The notes below the pieces were generated by a model. That model was not told the DNA's origin. It did not search any database and was given only the letters and a program-made list of their open reading frames with translations. Shown here one piece after another: positions 27,083 to 42,000 of a stretch of DNA of 64,000 bases. Numbering within the stretch: the stretch's first letter is position 1; each line of letters opens with the position of its first letter. Source of the DNA: an uncultured Candidatus Binatia bacterium (lineage in GTDB: Bacteria; Desulfobacterota; Binatia; UBA9968; JAJDTQ01); contig OZ243916.1 in the NCBI GenBank assembly GCA_965213675.1, positions 608,001-672,000 of the forward strand, read 5' to 3'. The position numbers and the translations under genes are program-made.

Positions 27083-30000
27083 ATGTGTAATGCAACATCC
27101 ATTGTCGCCGTCGTCACCCGAAGGGCTTCACGTTACCGGCATCCTGCCGGCCCCACTCCGTGGGCGCTTTTTGCCTTTGCCTTGATCCTGTGCGCGGCGC
27201 CGGGTCTTCTGGTCGCTATCCCAGGCGCCGAGGCGCAGACGCCCCCACGCTCCACCATCACGCTGACGACCGACACGGCGTCGTTGAACGAGAACAGGGT
27301 GGGAGTGCCGGTTCGAGTCACCGCCACGCTGTCGGCAACCTCGTCGAGCGACGTTGTCGTCGTGTTCGACTTCACGGGCGGCACCGCCGAGCCCGGCGAC
27401 GACGACACCCCGCTGGACTTCGTGCCCGGCGGAGCCGACCGGATGACCATTCCGGCGGGGCAACTCACGGCCACGCAGCAGATTTCGTTGCGTACGGTGG
27501 ACGACAACTTCTGGGAGAGTACGGAAACCATCGGTATCGGTGGCGCTACCGATGCGGACTTCGACGTGACCGGCGCCGTGATAACCCTCTTGGACAAGGA
27601 CACCAAGCCGCACATCACGCTCTCCAAACCTCCCGGTACCCCTTCGATTGAGGAAGGCTTCAGCGCTACATTCAAACTCACGGCGACGCTTCAAGGCGAC
27701 CCGGTCCAGGCCGACATTCCCATCAAGCTGACCGTGACGCTGCCGACAGGGACCAACGCGGAACAGGACATCCAATGGACTCCTGATCCCACGACCTGGA
27801 GCATGGTGATACCGGCCGAGGGCCGGAGCGCCGAACTCAAGGTGACGCAAACGAATCCCGATGATGATCGTGCGGAGCGCCAGGGGCAAGTCTACTATGG
27901 CGGCACGGCCACCGCTTTGGGCGAAAGTATCCCCGTCCGTAGAGTCGGACATTTTGTGAACCCCTCGGACATACTGAACTACTCCTGGGGAATTCTCGGC
28001 GACCGATCCATCCCTTCGGGCAAGCCTGCGGAGGTCAAGTTTTACGTACAGCTCTACAGCGCGGCGGTTCCAGAGGATGGCGTCACCGTGACGCTCGCGC
28101 CGCGCGTTTCGGACAAGGAACTTCGCAAAGCGTTCGCGCCGCCTTCGCAGACGTTTACGTTCGCGGCAACCAACGAGTGCAGCAAGCGAATCAATGCACA
28201 GAAGAAGGGTTTGTGCAGAAAGGAAATCGTCTGGTCGGTGACGCCACCGGCACTGGACAGCCTCACGGAGATAGGGTTCACGGCAAGCATCGATGCTCCC
28301 AACGCGGAGATTCCGCCCAAGCTCAACAAGTCCCCCTGGAACGTCCTCAGCCTTCTTCGCTCACTCGGCCCGCTGAGCGTCGACAAGGAACTCCAATTGA
28401 ACGCGACCCTTACCGGCGTCGGTGGTCGGCAGGCCTACAAGGCAAACGACAAGATCTACTTTGTGGTGGTGTTCGACCGCGGGATTTCGCCGCCTTCAGA
28501 CTTGAAGCTCCGCATCCATCTCGACAGCGGACCGCGGGATATCCCTTGCGCGGCTCCCCAGGGCAATGAACACAGGATCGAGTGCGCGTACACCGTGAAA
28601 GCGGGAGACTACGACTTCGACAAGAAGATCCGCGTGGACGCGGGCGCCCTCGGCCTCGGTGCCACGGTGACGGACCCCAACGATCCCGGCACGAACTGGC
28701 CGGCCCCCGTGGTTCCCGCGAAGCGCATCGACATCACGGTGCCTTTGGAGATCTACGGAGGCCAGCGTGTTCTTCAGGCCACCGCGACGGCCCTCGAGGG
28801 TTTTCGGGAGGGCGGCGGCAAGCAGGATGTCAAGGTCCTCATCACCGACATCACCCGGACGCCATCGCCGCGGGATCTGGTGATCCCGGTCGCGGTTTCG
28901 CACGGCACCACCAGCGCGGGCGACTGGAAGGTCACCCGTGCGGGGTCCGTCACCATTGAAGCGGGCAAGCACGAGGGCACCGGCACCATCCAGTTGGAGG
29001 CCGCACTGGATGGCGTCAAGGAAGGCCAGGAAACCGTCCTGATCGGCGGATCGGGAGTGGTGGTCCGGCCCGCGAAGCTGGTCCTGAATGACGCTCCGGA
29101 GCTGCTCCTGTCCGCCAGTCCGGCGACACTCAGCGAGGGGGACGGGCAGGTGACGCTGACCTTGCGGGTGGAAGTCGAACAGGGCGCCCTTGCGTTCGGT
29201 CACGACCTGAACGTCTTCGTCTTTCCCACGGGCAGCGCGCGGGTCGGCTACGGCCAGGGCGCATACGACGTCCTGTTCCCCCGCACCGGCGCTTCGTTCA
29301 AACTGCCGGCGGGACAACTGTTCGCCACCAAAGAGTTGGAAGTGACGGTCGTGGACGACCGGCTCGTGGAGGGGCCCGAACAGATGAGACTCGTGGGATG
29401 GGTGCCTTTCGTCAGCGTGCGGTCGGCCAACATCAATGTGGTGGACAACGATGCGGCGCCCGATGTGAAGCTTGTGGCGAGCCCCAACCGCATTCAGGAG
29501 GGCGGCGGCAAACAGAACGTGCAGGTGAGCGCGGAGCTCACGGGTTCGGTGCTTTCGGATGACGTGATGGTGACTGTGGATGTCGGCGGGGAGGCCAAGG
29601 AGGGGACGTCCTCCGTGGCTGACCGGGATTTCACGGCTTCCTGGAGCCCGTCTGCCCGGAAGATTCGGATCCCCGCCGGGCAGTCCAATGGGGTCTCCCA
29701 GGTCACCCTGAGCGTGGACCCGCTGGACGACGCCTTGGCGGAGGGGCCCGAGACCATCGCGGTGGAGGGAACGGCCGAGCAGCAGAACGGCGCGAAGACC
29801 AAGCTCTCGGTGCAAGTGGCCGACGTGGAGATGGAGGACAACGACACGCCGGGCGTTGAGGTGAAGCCCACGACCATGACTGTGGAGGCCGGGCTTTCGG
29901 TGACCTACGCGGTGCGGTTGCTCAGCCAACCCGACCTTGCGACCGGCGAGAAGGTGCGGGTCGCGCCGCGGGTGCCGGGCGGGGCGTACCTGTCCGCCCA

Positions 30001-33000
30001 ACCCGCCGCCCTGGAGTTCGACGCGAACAACTGGAGCACCGCACAGTCGCTCACGGTGGTGGTGCGCCCGGATGCCCCCACCGGCGACGTCACGATCCCG
30101 CACACCGTACGCGGCGGGGACTATCTCACGGTGACGGCCGATCCGGTCACCGTTTCCGTGGTCAAGGCGCCCGTCCTGACCTTGAGCCTGGACAACGCTT
30201 CCATCGGCGAGAATGGCGGGGTTGCCACCGTCACTGCGTCGCTGGACAAGGCATCGGCCGTGCCCGTCACCGTCACGGTGGGGGCGGCCGCCAAAGCGCC
30301 GGCGGTGGCGCGGGATTTCGTTCTGAGCGTCGCGAAGACGCTCACCATCGCGGCGGCGTCCACCAGCAGTTCCGGCACGGTCACCATCACCGCCAGGGAT
30401 AACGACTTCTACGCGCCCGAGGGCCGGGAGGTGACGGTTTCGGGGACGGTTTCCGGCCATGACGGCGTCGAAGCGCCCGCGGAACGGACCCTCGGGATCA
30501 CGGACGACGACGTCAGACCGTCGTTTTCCGTGGCTTCCGTGGCTGGCCCCGAGAACAAGAACCTCGTCTTCACGGTGACCCGGAACGGCGCGAGCGCGAA
30601 TCCGGTGTCCGTGAAGTGGGCCACCGCCCTGGACACGGCGGAAGACGCGGTGGCCGCGTCCGCCGGCGATTTCACCGAGGTTTCCACGGCGCGGGCGCTC
30701 AGCTTCGCCGCGGGAGTCACCACGAAGAAGCTGACGGTCGCGGTCACCAACGACAAGCTCGACGAGCCCGCCCGCGAGACGTTTGTGGTGGTCTTGAGCG
30801 AACCGTCCGCCATCGCCGAGATCGCCCAGGATGGAGGGAGGGCCGCCGGAGGCATCACCGATGACGACGATCCGCCGGTGTTCTCCATCACCGGAGGTTC
30901 CGCCACGGAGGGCGACGAGGTCACGTTTGCCGTCGTTCGCGCCGGCGCGGTGGACAATGTGGTGACGGTGGCGGTGCACACGGCCGAGGACGGCGCCGAA
31001 GACGCCAATCCGGCCGCCGCCACGGACTATACCGCCATCGCGCCCGCCCGGACCCTCACGTTCGGCAAGGGGGTCACGCGCCAGGAGGTGAAGGTCCCAA
31101 CCACGGAGGACGACCTCTACGAAGCCGACGACGAGACTTTTCTCGCGGTGCTGAGCGGCCCGGCGCTGGCCACGGGTGATCCTGGAACCGGGGTGAGCAT
31201 CGCGGCGGACGGCGGCAGCGCCGAGGGAACCCTCAAGGACGACGACACGCAGCCAGCCTTCTCCATCGCCAACGCCAAGGCTGGCGAGGGCGACCCGGTC
31301 ACGTTCACGGTGACGCGCGCGGGGGCCATGGACAACGTCGTTTCCGTGTATTGGAGCACCAAGGCGCATTCCGGTGACGGCGTGACCCCGGCATCCGCGG
31401 ATGACTACACCGGGACGACCACTGCCACGAAGCTCGACTTCGCCGCGAGCGTCGCCACCGTGACCTTTACGGTAGCGACCACGGAAGACGCCACCGACGA
31501 GCCCGACGAGACCTTCGTGGCGGAGCTTGCCAACCCGGGCGGCGGGGCGAGGGTCGCCAAGGCGCGGGCCGTGGGGACCATCGAAGACGACGACGATCTG
31601 CCAACGGCCACGTTGAAGCTCACGCCGGACACCATTGCGGAGGCCGGCGGAGCAACCACGGTCACCGCGACCCTCAGTCATCCATCGTCCAAGGCGCTGA
31701 CGCTTGCCGTTGGCGCGAAGCCGGTTGCGCCCGCCACCGCTAGTGCCTACGCGGTGAGCGCGCACAAAACGCTTACCATCGCCGCGGGCACCACTTCGAG
31801 CACCGGCGACGTCACCATCACCGCCAACCCCAACAACGTCGATGCCAGCGACGCCCAGGTGACCGTGACCGCCGCGGCCAATGGAGGCCGGGGCGTGCTC
31901 GCGCCCGCCGCCGTGACGCTTGCCATCACCGACGACGACGCACTGCCGGGTTTCGCGGTGGCCGATGCGGCCGCCGCCGAGGGCGATGCGGCGTCCTTTG
32001 TGGTGACGCGGTCCGGGGCGACGGGGAACGTGGTGTCGGTGAAGTGGGCGACCGCGCTGGTGGATGAGGCGGGAGGCGCCAGCGCGGGCGATTTCACGCA
32101 GACGACCAACCCGGCGACGCTGAATTTTGCCGCGGGGGTCACCACGAAGACGATCACGGTGCGGACCACGGAGGACGTGCTGCACGAAGGGAACGAGACC
32201 TTCGAGGTGCGGTTGAGCGAGGCGGCGAAAGGCCCCAATGATCCTGCGCCGGCCACGCCCGAGATCACGGACGCCACCGGCGTGGGGACCATCGAGGACG
32301 ACGACGCCGCGCCCACCGGCATCACGCTGGCGGCGAGTCGGGACAAGGTGGGAGAGCAAGCCGGGGCGACGACGGTGACGGTAACGGCATCGGTGAACGG
32401 GACGACGCGGTACGTGGATGCGAAGGAGGTGACGGTAAGCGTGGGCGGCGGCACAGCCACGGAGGTGACGGACTACGCCGCGGTGACGGACTTCACGGTG
32501 ACCATCGCCGCGGGGGCGGCCAGCGCCGCGGGAACGTTCACGCTGACGCCCACGGATGACACCCTCGACGAGCCCGACGAGACCATCCAGGTAACGGGGG
32601 CATCGGGACCACTGGCGATCACCGCGGACACCGTCACCATCGAAGACAACGACGCAACGCCGAGCTTCTCGGTGGCGGACGCAAGCGTGCCGGAAGGTGG
32701 TGCGGCGGCGTTTGTGGTGACGCGGTCGGGGGCCACGGGCAATGCGGTGTCGGTGGATTGGGAGACGGCGCTGCGAAGCGGCGCCGGAGCGGCCGGCGCG
32801 GGAGATTTCATGCAAGCGACGGCCGCGACGCTGAGTTTCGCGGCGGGGGACACGACGAAGACGGTAACGGTTCAGACCACGGAGGATGTGCTGCACGAAG
32901 GGAACGAGGCCTTCGAGGTGCGGTTGAGCGGCGCCGCGAAGGCAGCCGATGATCCGGGTCCGGCGACGCCGGTGATCGCGGACGCCACGGCCGTGGGCAC

Positions 33001-36000
33001 CATTGAGGACGACGACGCCGCGCCCAGCGGCATCACCTTGGCGGCCAGTCCGGACGCCGCGGGGGAGGAAGCCGGGGCGACGACGGTGACGGTAACGGCA
33101 TCGGTGAACGGCACGACGCGGTATGTGGATGCGAAGGCGGTGGTGGTGAGCGTGGGCGGTCGGACGGCCACGGAGGCGAGGGATTACGCGGCGGTATCGG
33201 ATTTCACGGTGACCATCGCCGCTGGGGCGGCCAGTGCCACGGGAACGTTCACGCTGACGCCAACCAACGACACGTTGGACGAGCCGGACGAGACCGTCCA
33301 GACAACGGGCACGTCGGGCTCGCTGGCGATTACCGCGGACACCCTCACCATCGAGGACGACGACGCCACGCCGAGTTTTTCGGTGGCGGACGCGACGGCA
33401 ACGGAGGGTGGCGCGGCGGCGTTTGTGGTGACCCGGTCGGGGGCCACGGGCAACGCGGTGTCGGTGGATTGGAAGACGGCGCTGTCGAGTGGAGCGGGAG
33501 CGGCGAGCGCGGCGGACTTCACGCAAGCGACCAACGCCGCGACGCTGAGCTTTGCGGCGGGGGACACGGCGAAGACGGTAACGGTGCAGACCACGGAGGA
33601 CGTGCTGCACGAAGGGAACGAGACCTTCGAGGTTCGGTTGAGCGGCGCGGCGAAGGCGTCGGATGATCCGGGTCCGGCGACGCCGGAGATCGCCGACGGC
33701 ACGGGCGTGGGGACCATTGAGGACGACGACGCGGCGCCCAGCGGCATCACCTTGGCGGCGAGTCCGGACAAGGTGGGGGAGGAAGACGGGGGGACGAGGG
33801 TGACGGTGACGGCATCGGTGAACGGCGGGACGAGGTACGCGGATGCGAAGGCGGTGGTGGTGAGCGTGGACGGTGGGACGGCCACGGAGGCGAGGGATTA
33901 CGCGGCGGTATCGGACTTCACGGTGACCATCGGCGCGGGAGCGGCGAGCGGTTCGGGGATGTTCACGCTGACGCCAACCAACGACACGTTGGACGAGCCG
34001 GACGAGACCCTCCAGGTAACGGGAACGTCAGGCTCGCTGGCGATCACCGCGGACACCCTCACCATCGAGGACGACGACGCCACGCCGAGTTTTTCGGTGG
34101 CGAACGCGACGGCAACGGAGGGGAACGCGGCGGCGTTTGTAGTGACCCGGTCGGGAGCGACGGGGAACGCGGTATCGGTGGATTGGAAGACGGCGCTGTC
34201 GAGTGGAGCGGGAGCGGCGAGCGCGGCGGACTTCACGCAAGCGACCAACGCCGCGACGCTGAGCTTTGCGGCGGGGGACACGACGAAGACGGTAACGGTG
34301 CAGACCACGGAGGATGTGCTGCACGAAGGGAACGAGACCTTCGAGGTTCGGTTGAGCGGCGCGGCGAAGGCAGCCGATGATCCGGGTCCGGCGACACCGC
34401 AGATCGCCGACGCCACGGGCGTGGGCACCATCGAGGACGACGACGCCGCGCCCAGCGGCATCACATTGGCGGCGAGTCCGGACAAGGCAGGGGAGGAGGA
34501 TTCGGCGACGACGGTGACGGTGACCGCATCGGTGAACGGTGTGACGCGGTACGCGGATGCGAAGGCGGTGGTGGTGAGCGTGGGCGGCGGGACGGCGGTG
34601 GAGGGGACGGATTACGCGGACGTGTCGGACTTCACGGTGACCATCGCCGCGGGGGCGACCAGTGCCACGGGTACGTTTACGCTGACGCCGACCGACGATA
34701 CCTTGGACGAGCCGAACGAGACCCTCCAGGTGACGGGGGCATCGGGATCGCTGACCGTGACGCCTGACACCCTCACCATCGAGGACGACGAAGTCACGCC
34801 AAGCTTTTCGGTGGCGGACGCGACGGCAACGGAAGGCGGCGCGGCGGCGTTTGTGGTGACGCGGTCGGGGGCCACGGGCAACGCGGTGTCGGTGGATTGG
34901 AAGACGGCGCTGTCGAGTGGAGCGGGAGCGGCGAGCGCGACGGATTTCACGCAAGCGACCAACGCCGCGACGTTGAGCTTTGCGGCGGGGGACACGACGA
35001 AGACGGTAACGGTGCAGACCACGGAGGATGTGCTGCACGAGGGGAACGAGACCTTCGAGGTGCGGTTGAGCGGCGCGGCGAAGGCGTCGAGTGATCCCGG
35101 GCCGGCGACGCCGGTGATCGCGGACGCCACGGGCGTGGGCACCATTGAGGACGACGACGCGGCGCCCAGCGGCATCACCTTGGCGGCGAGTCCGGACAAG
35201 GTGGGGGAGGAAGACGGGGCGACGACGGTGACGGTGACGGCGTCGGTGAACGGCTTGACGCGGTACGCGGATGCGAAGGCGGTGGTGGTGAGCGTGGGCG
35301 GGGGGACGGCCACGGAGGCGACGGATTACACGGCGGTATCGGACTTCACGGTGACCATCGCCGCGGGGGCGGCCAGTGCCACGGGGACGTTCACGCTGAC
35401 GCCAACCAACGACACCCTGGATGAGCCGGACGAGACCGTCCAGATAACGGGCACGTCGGGCTCGCTGGCGATCACCGCGGACACCCTCACCATCGAGGAC
35501 GACGACGCCACGCCGAGTTTTTCGGTGGCGGACGCGACGGCAACGGAGGGGAACGCGGCGGCGTTTGTAGTGACCCGGTCGGGAGCGACGGGGAACGCGG
35601 TATCGGTGGATTGGAAGACGGCGCTGTCGAGTGGAGCGGGAGCGGCGAGCGCGGCTGATTTCACGCAAGCGACCAACGCCGCGACGCTGAGCTTTGCGGC
35701 GGGGGACACGACGAAGACCGTGACGGTTCAGACCACGGAGGACGTGCTGCACGAAGGGAACGAGACCTTCGAGGTTCGGTTGAGCGGCGCGGCGAAGGCG
35801 TCGAACGATCCGGGTCCGGCGACACCGGAGATCGCCGACGGCACGGGCGTGGGGACCATTGAGGACGACGACGCGGCGCCCAGCGGCATCACCTTGGCGG
35901 CGAGTCCGGACAAGGCGGGGGAGGAGGACGGGGGCACGACGGTGACGGTGACGGCGTCGGTGAACGGCGCGACGCGGTACGCGGATGCGAAGGCGGTGTT

Positions 36001-39000
36001 GGTGAGCGTGGGCGGGGGGACGGCCACGGAGGCGACGGACTACACGGCGGTATCGGATTTCACGGTGACCATCGGAGCGGGAGCGGCGAGCGGGTCGGGG
36101 ACGTTCACGCTGACACCGGTCAACGACACATTGGACGAGCCGGATGAGACGATACAGGTCACGGGGACATCGGGATCGCTGACGGTAACGGGTGACACGA
36201 TTACCATCGAAGACAACGATGCGGCGCCGGACGGGATCACGCTGGCGGCGAGTCCGGACAAGGTAGGGGAAGAGGATCGAGCGACCCGGGTGACGGTTAC
36301 GGCGTCGGTGAACGGGCAGACGCGGTATGTGGATGCACAGGTGGTGAGGGTAAGCGTGGGCGGCGGGACGGCGATGGAGGGGACGGACTACACGACGGTA
36401 TCGGACTTCACGGTGACCATCGCCGCGGGGGCGGCCAGCGCCACGGGCACGTTCACGCTGACGCCGACCAACGACACGCTGGACGAGCCGGACGAGACCA
36501 TCCAGGTAACGGGGGCGTCGGGATCGCTGACGGTAGCGGGTGACACGATTACCATCGAAGACAACGATGCGGCGCCGAGTTTTTCGGTGGCGGACGCCAC
36601 GGTAACGGAAGGCGGCGCGGCGGCGTTTGTGGTGACGCGGTCGGGGGCGACGGGGAACGCGGTGTCGGTGGATTGGAAAACGGCGCTGTTGAGTGGAGCC
36701 GGAGCGGCAAGCGCAGGGGACTTTACGCAAGCGACCAACGCCGCGACGCTGAGCTTTGCGGCAGGGGACACGACGAAGACGGTGAAGGTGCAAACCACGG
36801 AGGACGTGCTGGACGAAGGGAACGAGACCTTCGAGGTGCGATTGAGCGACGCCGCGAAGGCATCGGACGATCCTGGGCCGGCGACGCCGGAGGTCACAGA
36901 CGGCACGGGCGTGGGCACCATCGAGGACGACGACGCGGCGCCCAGCGGTATCACGCTGGTGGCGAGTCCGGACAAGGTGGGGGAGGAAGACGGGGCGACG
37001 CGGGTGACGGTGACCGCGTCGGTGAACGGGACGACGCGGTACGTGGACGAGAAGGTGGTAGTGGTGGACGTGGGCGGCGGGACGGCCATCGCGGGCACAG
37101 ACTACACGACGGTATCGGATTTTACGGTGACCATCGGCGCAGGGGCGGCGAGTGCGGCGGGAACGTTCAGGTTGACGCCCATCAACGATGTGGTGGACGA
37201 GCCGGACGAGACGATCCAGGTAACGGGCACATCGGGTTCGCTGGCGGTCACCGCGGACACCCTCACCATTGAGGACAACGAGACAGCGCCGACGGTGACG
37301 CTGGTGTTGACGCCGGTGAAGGTGGTGGAGGGCGACGCCGGGAAGGTCGCGGGGACGAGCGCAGTCACGGCGACGTTGAGCGGGGATTCGAGCGAGGCGG
37401 TGGTGTTGACGGTGGGGACGGCGCCAGGTGAGGACACGGCCACGTCGGACTACACGGTGAGTGCGAACAAGAAGCTGACCATCGCGGCGGAGACGCGGAG
37501 CAGCACGGGGACGGTGACGGTCACGCCGGTGGACAACGATGTGGACGCGCCGGACAAAACGGTGACGGTCACGGCGACGGTCACCGGGGGCAACGGGATA
37601 GCGGCCCCGGGTTCAAAGACCTTGACGTTGGAAGATGATGATGACCGCGGGGTGACGGTGACAGAGAGCGGGGACGGGACGGTAGTGGAAGAGGACGGGG
37701 ACACGGACACGTACACGGTGGAGCTGAACAGCGAGCCGACGGACACGGTGAGGATCGGTGTGGCAAGCAGCCACACGAGCCTCGCAACGGTGGACGTGAA
37801 CACGCTGACGTTCACGAGCCAGAACTGGGATCAGCCGCAGACGGTGACCGTGACGGGGGCGAATGAAAGCTTCGCCAACTCGGATGGATCCCGGACGGTG
37901 ACGATCACGCATACGGTGAGTGCGTCGGGCACGGACTACGCCAGGGAGACTGTGGAGTCGGTGGAAGTGACGGTGGAGGACAACGACGATGCGCCCGAAA
38001 TAATCGAGGTGAAAGACAAGGACATCGGCAGGCCGAATATCCCTCCGGTGGACGAGGGGGCTGGGCCCACGCAAATTGAGTTGGTGGTGGCGTTTCCGGG
38101 CGAAACGCTTTTTGATGTGGACAAGACGGTGACTGTGGAGGTCGGGACGTCGGATGATACGGCGACGGAAGGGGTGGACTACACGACGGTGGGAACGCAC
38201 TCGCTGACGATCGAGGCGGGAGAGCGGGGTACGACGTTCACGTTCACACTGACGCCCACGGACGACGTATTGGATGAACCGGACGAGACGCTCAGGGTGA
38301 AGGCGACCGTGGACGGCGAGACGATATCGACGACAACGACGATCACCATCGAGGACAACGACGCGGCGCCCAGCGGCATCACCTTGGCGGCAAGTCCGGA
38401 CAAGGCAGGGGAGGAGGATTCGGCGACGACGGTGACGGTGACCGCATCGGTGAACGGCACGACGCGGTATGTGGATGCGAAGGCGGTGGTGGTGAGCGTG
38501 GGCGGCGGCACGGCGGTCAAGGGGACGGACTACGCGGCGGTATCGGACTTCACGGTGACCATCGCCGCGGGGGCGGCCAGCGCCGCGGGAACGTTTACGC
38601 TGACGCCAACCAACGACACGTTGGACGAGCCAGACGAGACCCTCCAGATAACGGGCACGTCGGGCTCGCTGGCGATCACCGCAGACACCCTCACCATCGA
38701 GGACGACGACGCCACGCCGAGTTTTTCGGTGGCGGACGCGACGGCAACGGAGGGGAACGCGGCGGCGTTTGTAGTGACCCGGTCGGGAGCGACGGGGAAC
38801 GCGGTATCGGTGGATTGGAAGACGGCGCTGTCGAGTGGAGCGGGAGCGGCGAGCGCGGCGGATTTCACGCAAGCGACCAACGCCGCGACGCTGAGCTTTG
38901 CGGCGGGGGACACGACGAAGACGGTAACGGTGCAGACCACGGAGGACGTGCTGCACGAAGGGAACGAGACCTTCGAGGTGCGGTTGAGCGGCGCGGCGAA

Positions 39001-42000
39001 GGCGTCGAGTGATCCCGGGCCGGCGACGCCGGTGATCGCGGACGCCACGGCCGTGGGCATCATCGAGGACAACGACGCGGCGCCCAGCGGCATCACCTTG
39101 GCGGCGAGTCCGGACAAGGTGGGGGAGGAAGACGGGGGGACGAGGGTGACGGTAACGGCGTCGGTGAACGGCTTGACGCGGTACGCGGATGCGAAGGCGG
39201 TGGTGGTGAGCGTGGGCGGTGGGACGGCCACGGAGGCGACGGATTACGCGGCGGTGTCGGACTTCACGGTGACCATTGCCGCGGGGGCAGACAGCGGTTC
39301 GGGGACGTTCACGCTGACGCCAACCAACGACACCCTGGACGAGCCGGACGAGACTCTCCAGGTAACGGGCACGTCGGGCTCGCTGGCGATCACCGCGGAC
39401 ACCCTCACCATCGAGGACGACGACGCCACGCCAAGCTTTTCGGTGGCGGACGCGACGGCAACGGAGGGGAACGCGGCGGCGTTTGTAGTGACCCGGTCGG
39501 GGGCGACGGGGAACGCGGTATCGGTGGATTGGAAGACGGCGCTGTCGAGTGGAGCGGGAGCGGCGAGCGCGGCGGACTTCACGCAAGCGACCAACGCCGC
39601 GACGCTGAGCTTTGCGGCGGGGGACACGACGAAGACGGTAACGGTGCAGACCACGGAGGACGTGCTTCACGAAGGGAACGAGACCTTCGAGGTGCGGTTG
39701 AGCGGCGCGGCGAAGGCAGCGGATGATCCGGGTCCGGCGACGCCGGAGATCGCGGACGCCACGGGCGTGGGCACCATTGAGGACGACGACGCGGCGCCCA
39801 GCGGCATCACCTTGGCGGCGAGTCCGGACAAGGTGGGGGAGGAAGACGGGGCGACGACGGTGACGGTGACGGCGTCGGTGAACGGCTTGACGCGGTACGC
39901 GGATGCGAAGGCGGTGGTGGTGAGCGTGGGCGGCGGTACGGCCACGGAGGCGACGGATTACGCGGCGGTATCGGACTTCACGGTGACCATCGGAGCGGGA
40001 GCGGCGAGCGGCTCGGGGACGTTCAGGCTGACGCCGGCCAACGACACATTGGACGAGCCGGACGAGACGATACAGGTGACGGGGACGTCGGGGTCCCTGG
40101 CGGTAACGGGCGACACGGTGACCATCGAGGACAACGACACGGCGCCGGGCGGGGTCACGCTGGCGGCGAGTCCGGACAAGGTGGGGGAAGAGGACGGGGC
40201 GACGAGGGTGACGGTGACGGCGTCGGTGAACGGCTTGACGCGGTACGCGGATGCGAAGGCGGTGGTGGTGAGCGTGGATGGGGGGACGGCCACGGAGGCG
40301 ACGGACTACACGGCGGTAACGGACTTCACGGTGACCATCGGAGCGGGAGCGGCGAGCGGGTCGGGGACGTTCACGCTGACACCGGTCAACGACACATTGG
40401 ACGAGCCGGATGAGACGATACAGGTGACGGGGGCATCGGGGTCTCTGACGGTAACGGGCGACACGGTGACCATCGAGGACAATGACGCGGTGCCGGGCGG
40501 GATCACGCTGGCGGCGAGTCCGGACCAGGTGGGGGAAGAGGACGGGGCCACGACGGTGACGGTGACGGCGTCAGTGAACGGCACGACGCGGTACGCGGAC
40601 GCGAAGGCGGTGGTGGTGAGCGTGGGCGGCGGTACGGCCACGGAGGCGACGGACTACGCGGCGGTATCGGATTTCACGGTAACCATCGGAGCGGGAGCGG
40701 CGAGCGGGTCGGGGACGTTCACGCTGACACCGGCCAACGACACATTGGACGAGCCGGATGAGACGATACAGGTCACGGGGACATCGGGGTCTCTGGCGGT
40801 AACGGGCGATACGGTGACCATCGAGGACAATGACGCGGCGCCGGGCGGGATCACGCTGGCGGCGAGTCCGGACCAGGTGGGGGAAGAGGACGGGGCGACG
40901 ACGGTGACGGTGACGGCGTCGGTGAACGGCGTGACGCGGTATGGGAGCGACACGGCGGTGGTGGTGAGCGTGGGCGGTGGGACGGCCACGGAGGCGACGG
41001 ATTACGCGGCGGTATCGGACTTCACGGTGACCATCGGAGCGGGAGCGGCGAGCGGTTCGGGGACGTTCACGCTGACACCGGTCAACGACACATTGGACGA
41101 GCCGGACGAGACGATACAGGTCACGGGGACATCGGGGTCCCTGGCGGTAACGGGCGATACGGTGACCATCGAGGACAATGACGCGGCGCCGGGCGGGATC
41201 ACGCTGGCGGCGAGTCCGGACCAGGTGGGGGAAGAGGACGGGGCGACGACGGTGACGGTGACGGCGTCGGTGAACGGCGTGACGCGGTATGGGAGCGACA
41301 CGGCGGTGGTGGTGAGCGTGGGCGGCGGGACGGCCACGGAGGCGACGGACTACGCGGCGGTATCGGACTTCACGGTGACCATCGGAGCGGGAGCGGCGAG
41401 CGGTTCGGGGACGTTCACGCTGACACCGGCCAACGACACATTGGACGAGCCGGACGAGACGATACAGGTGACGGGGACATCGGGGTCTCTGACGGTAACG
41501 GGCGACACGGTGACCATCGAGGACAATGACGCGGCGCCGGGCGGGGTCACGCTGGCGGCGAGTCCGGACAAGGTGGGGGAAGAGGACGGGGCCACGAGGG
41601 TGACGGTGACGGCGTCGGTGAACGGCGCGACGCGGTACGCGGATGCGAAGGCGGTGGTGGTGAGCGTGGGCGGTGGGACGGCCACGGAGGCGACGGATTA
41701 CACGGCGGTATCGGACTTCACGGTAACCATCGGAGCGGGAGCGGCGAGCGGTTCGGAGACGTTCACGCTGACACCGGTCAACGACACATTGGACGAGCCG
41801 GACGAGACGATACAGGTCACGGGGACATCGGGGTCCCTGGCGGTAACGGGCGACACGGTGACCATCGAGGACAATGACGCGGCGCCGGGCGGGGTCACGC
41901 TGGCGGCGAGTCCGGACCAGGTGGGGGAAGAGGACGGGGCGACGAGGGTGACGGTGACGGCGTCGGTGAACGGCTTGACGCGGTATGGGAGCGACACGGT

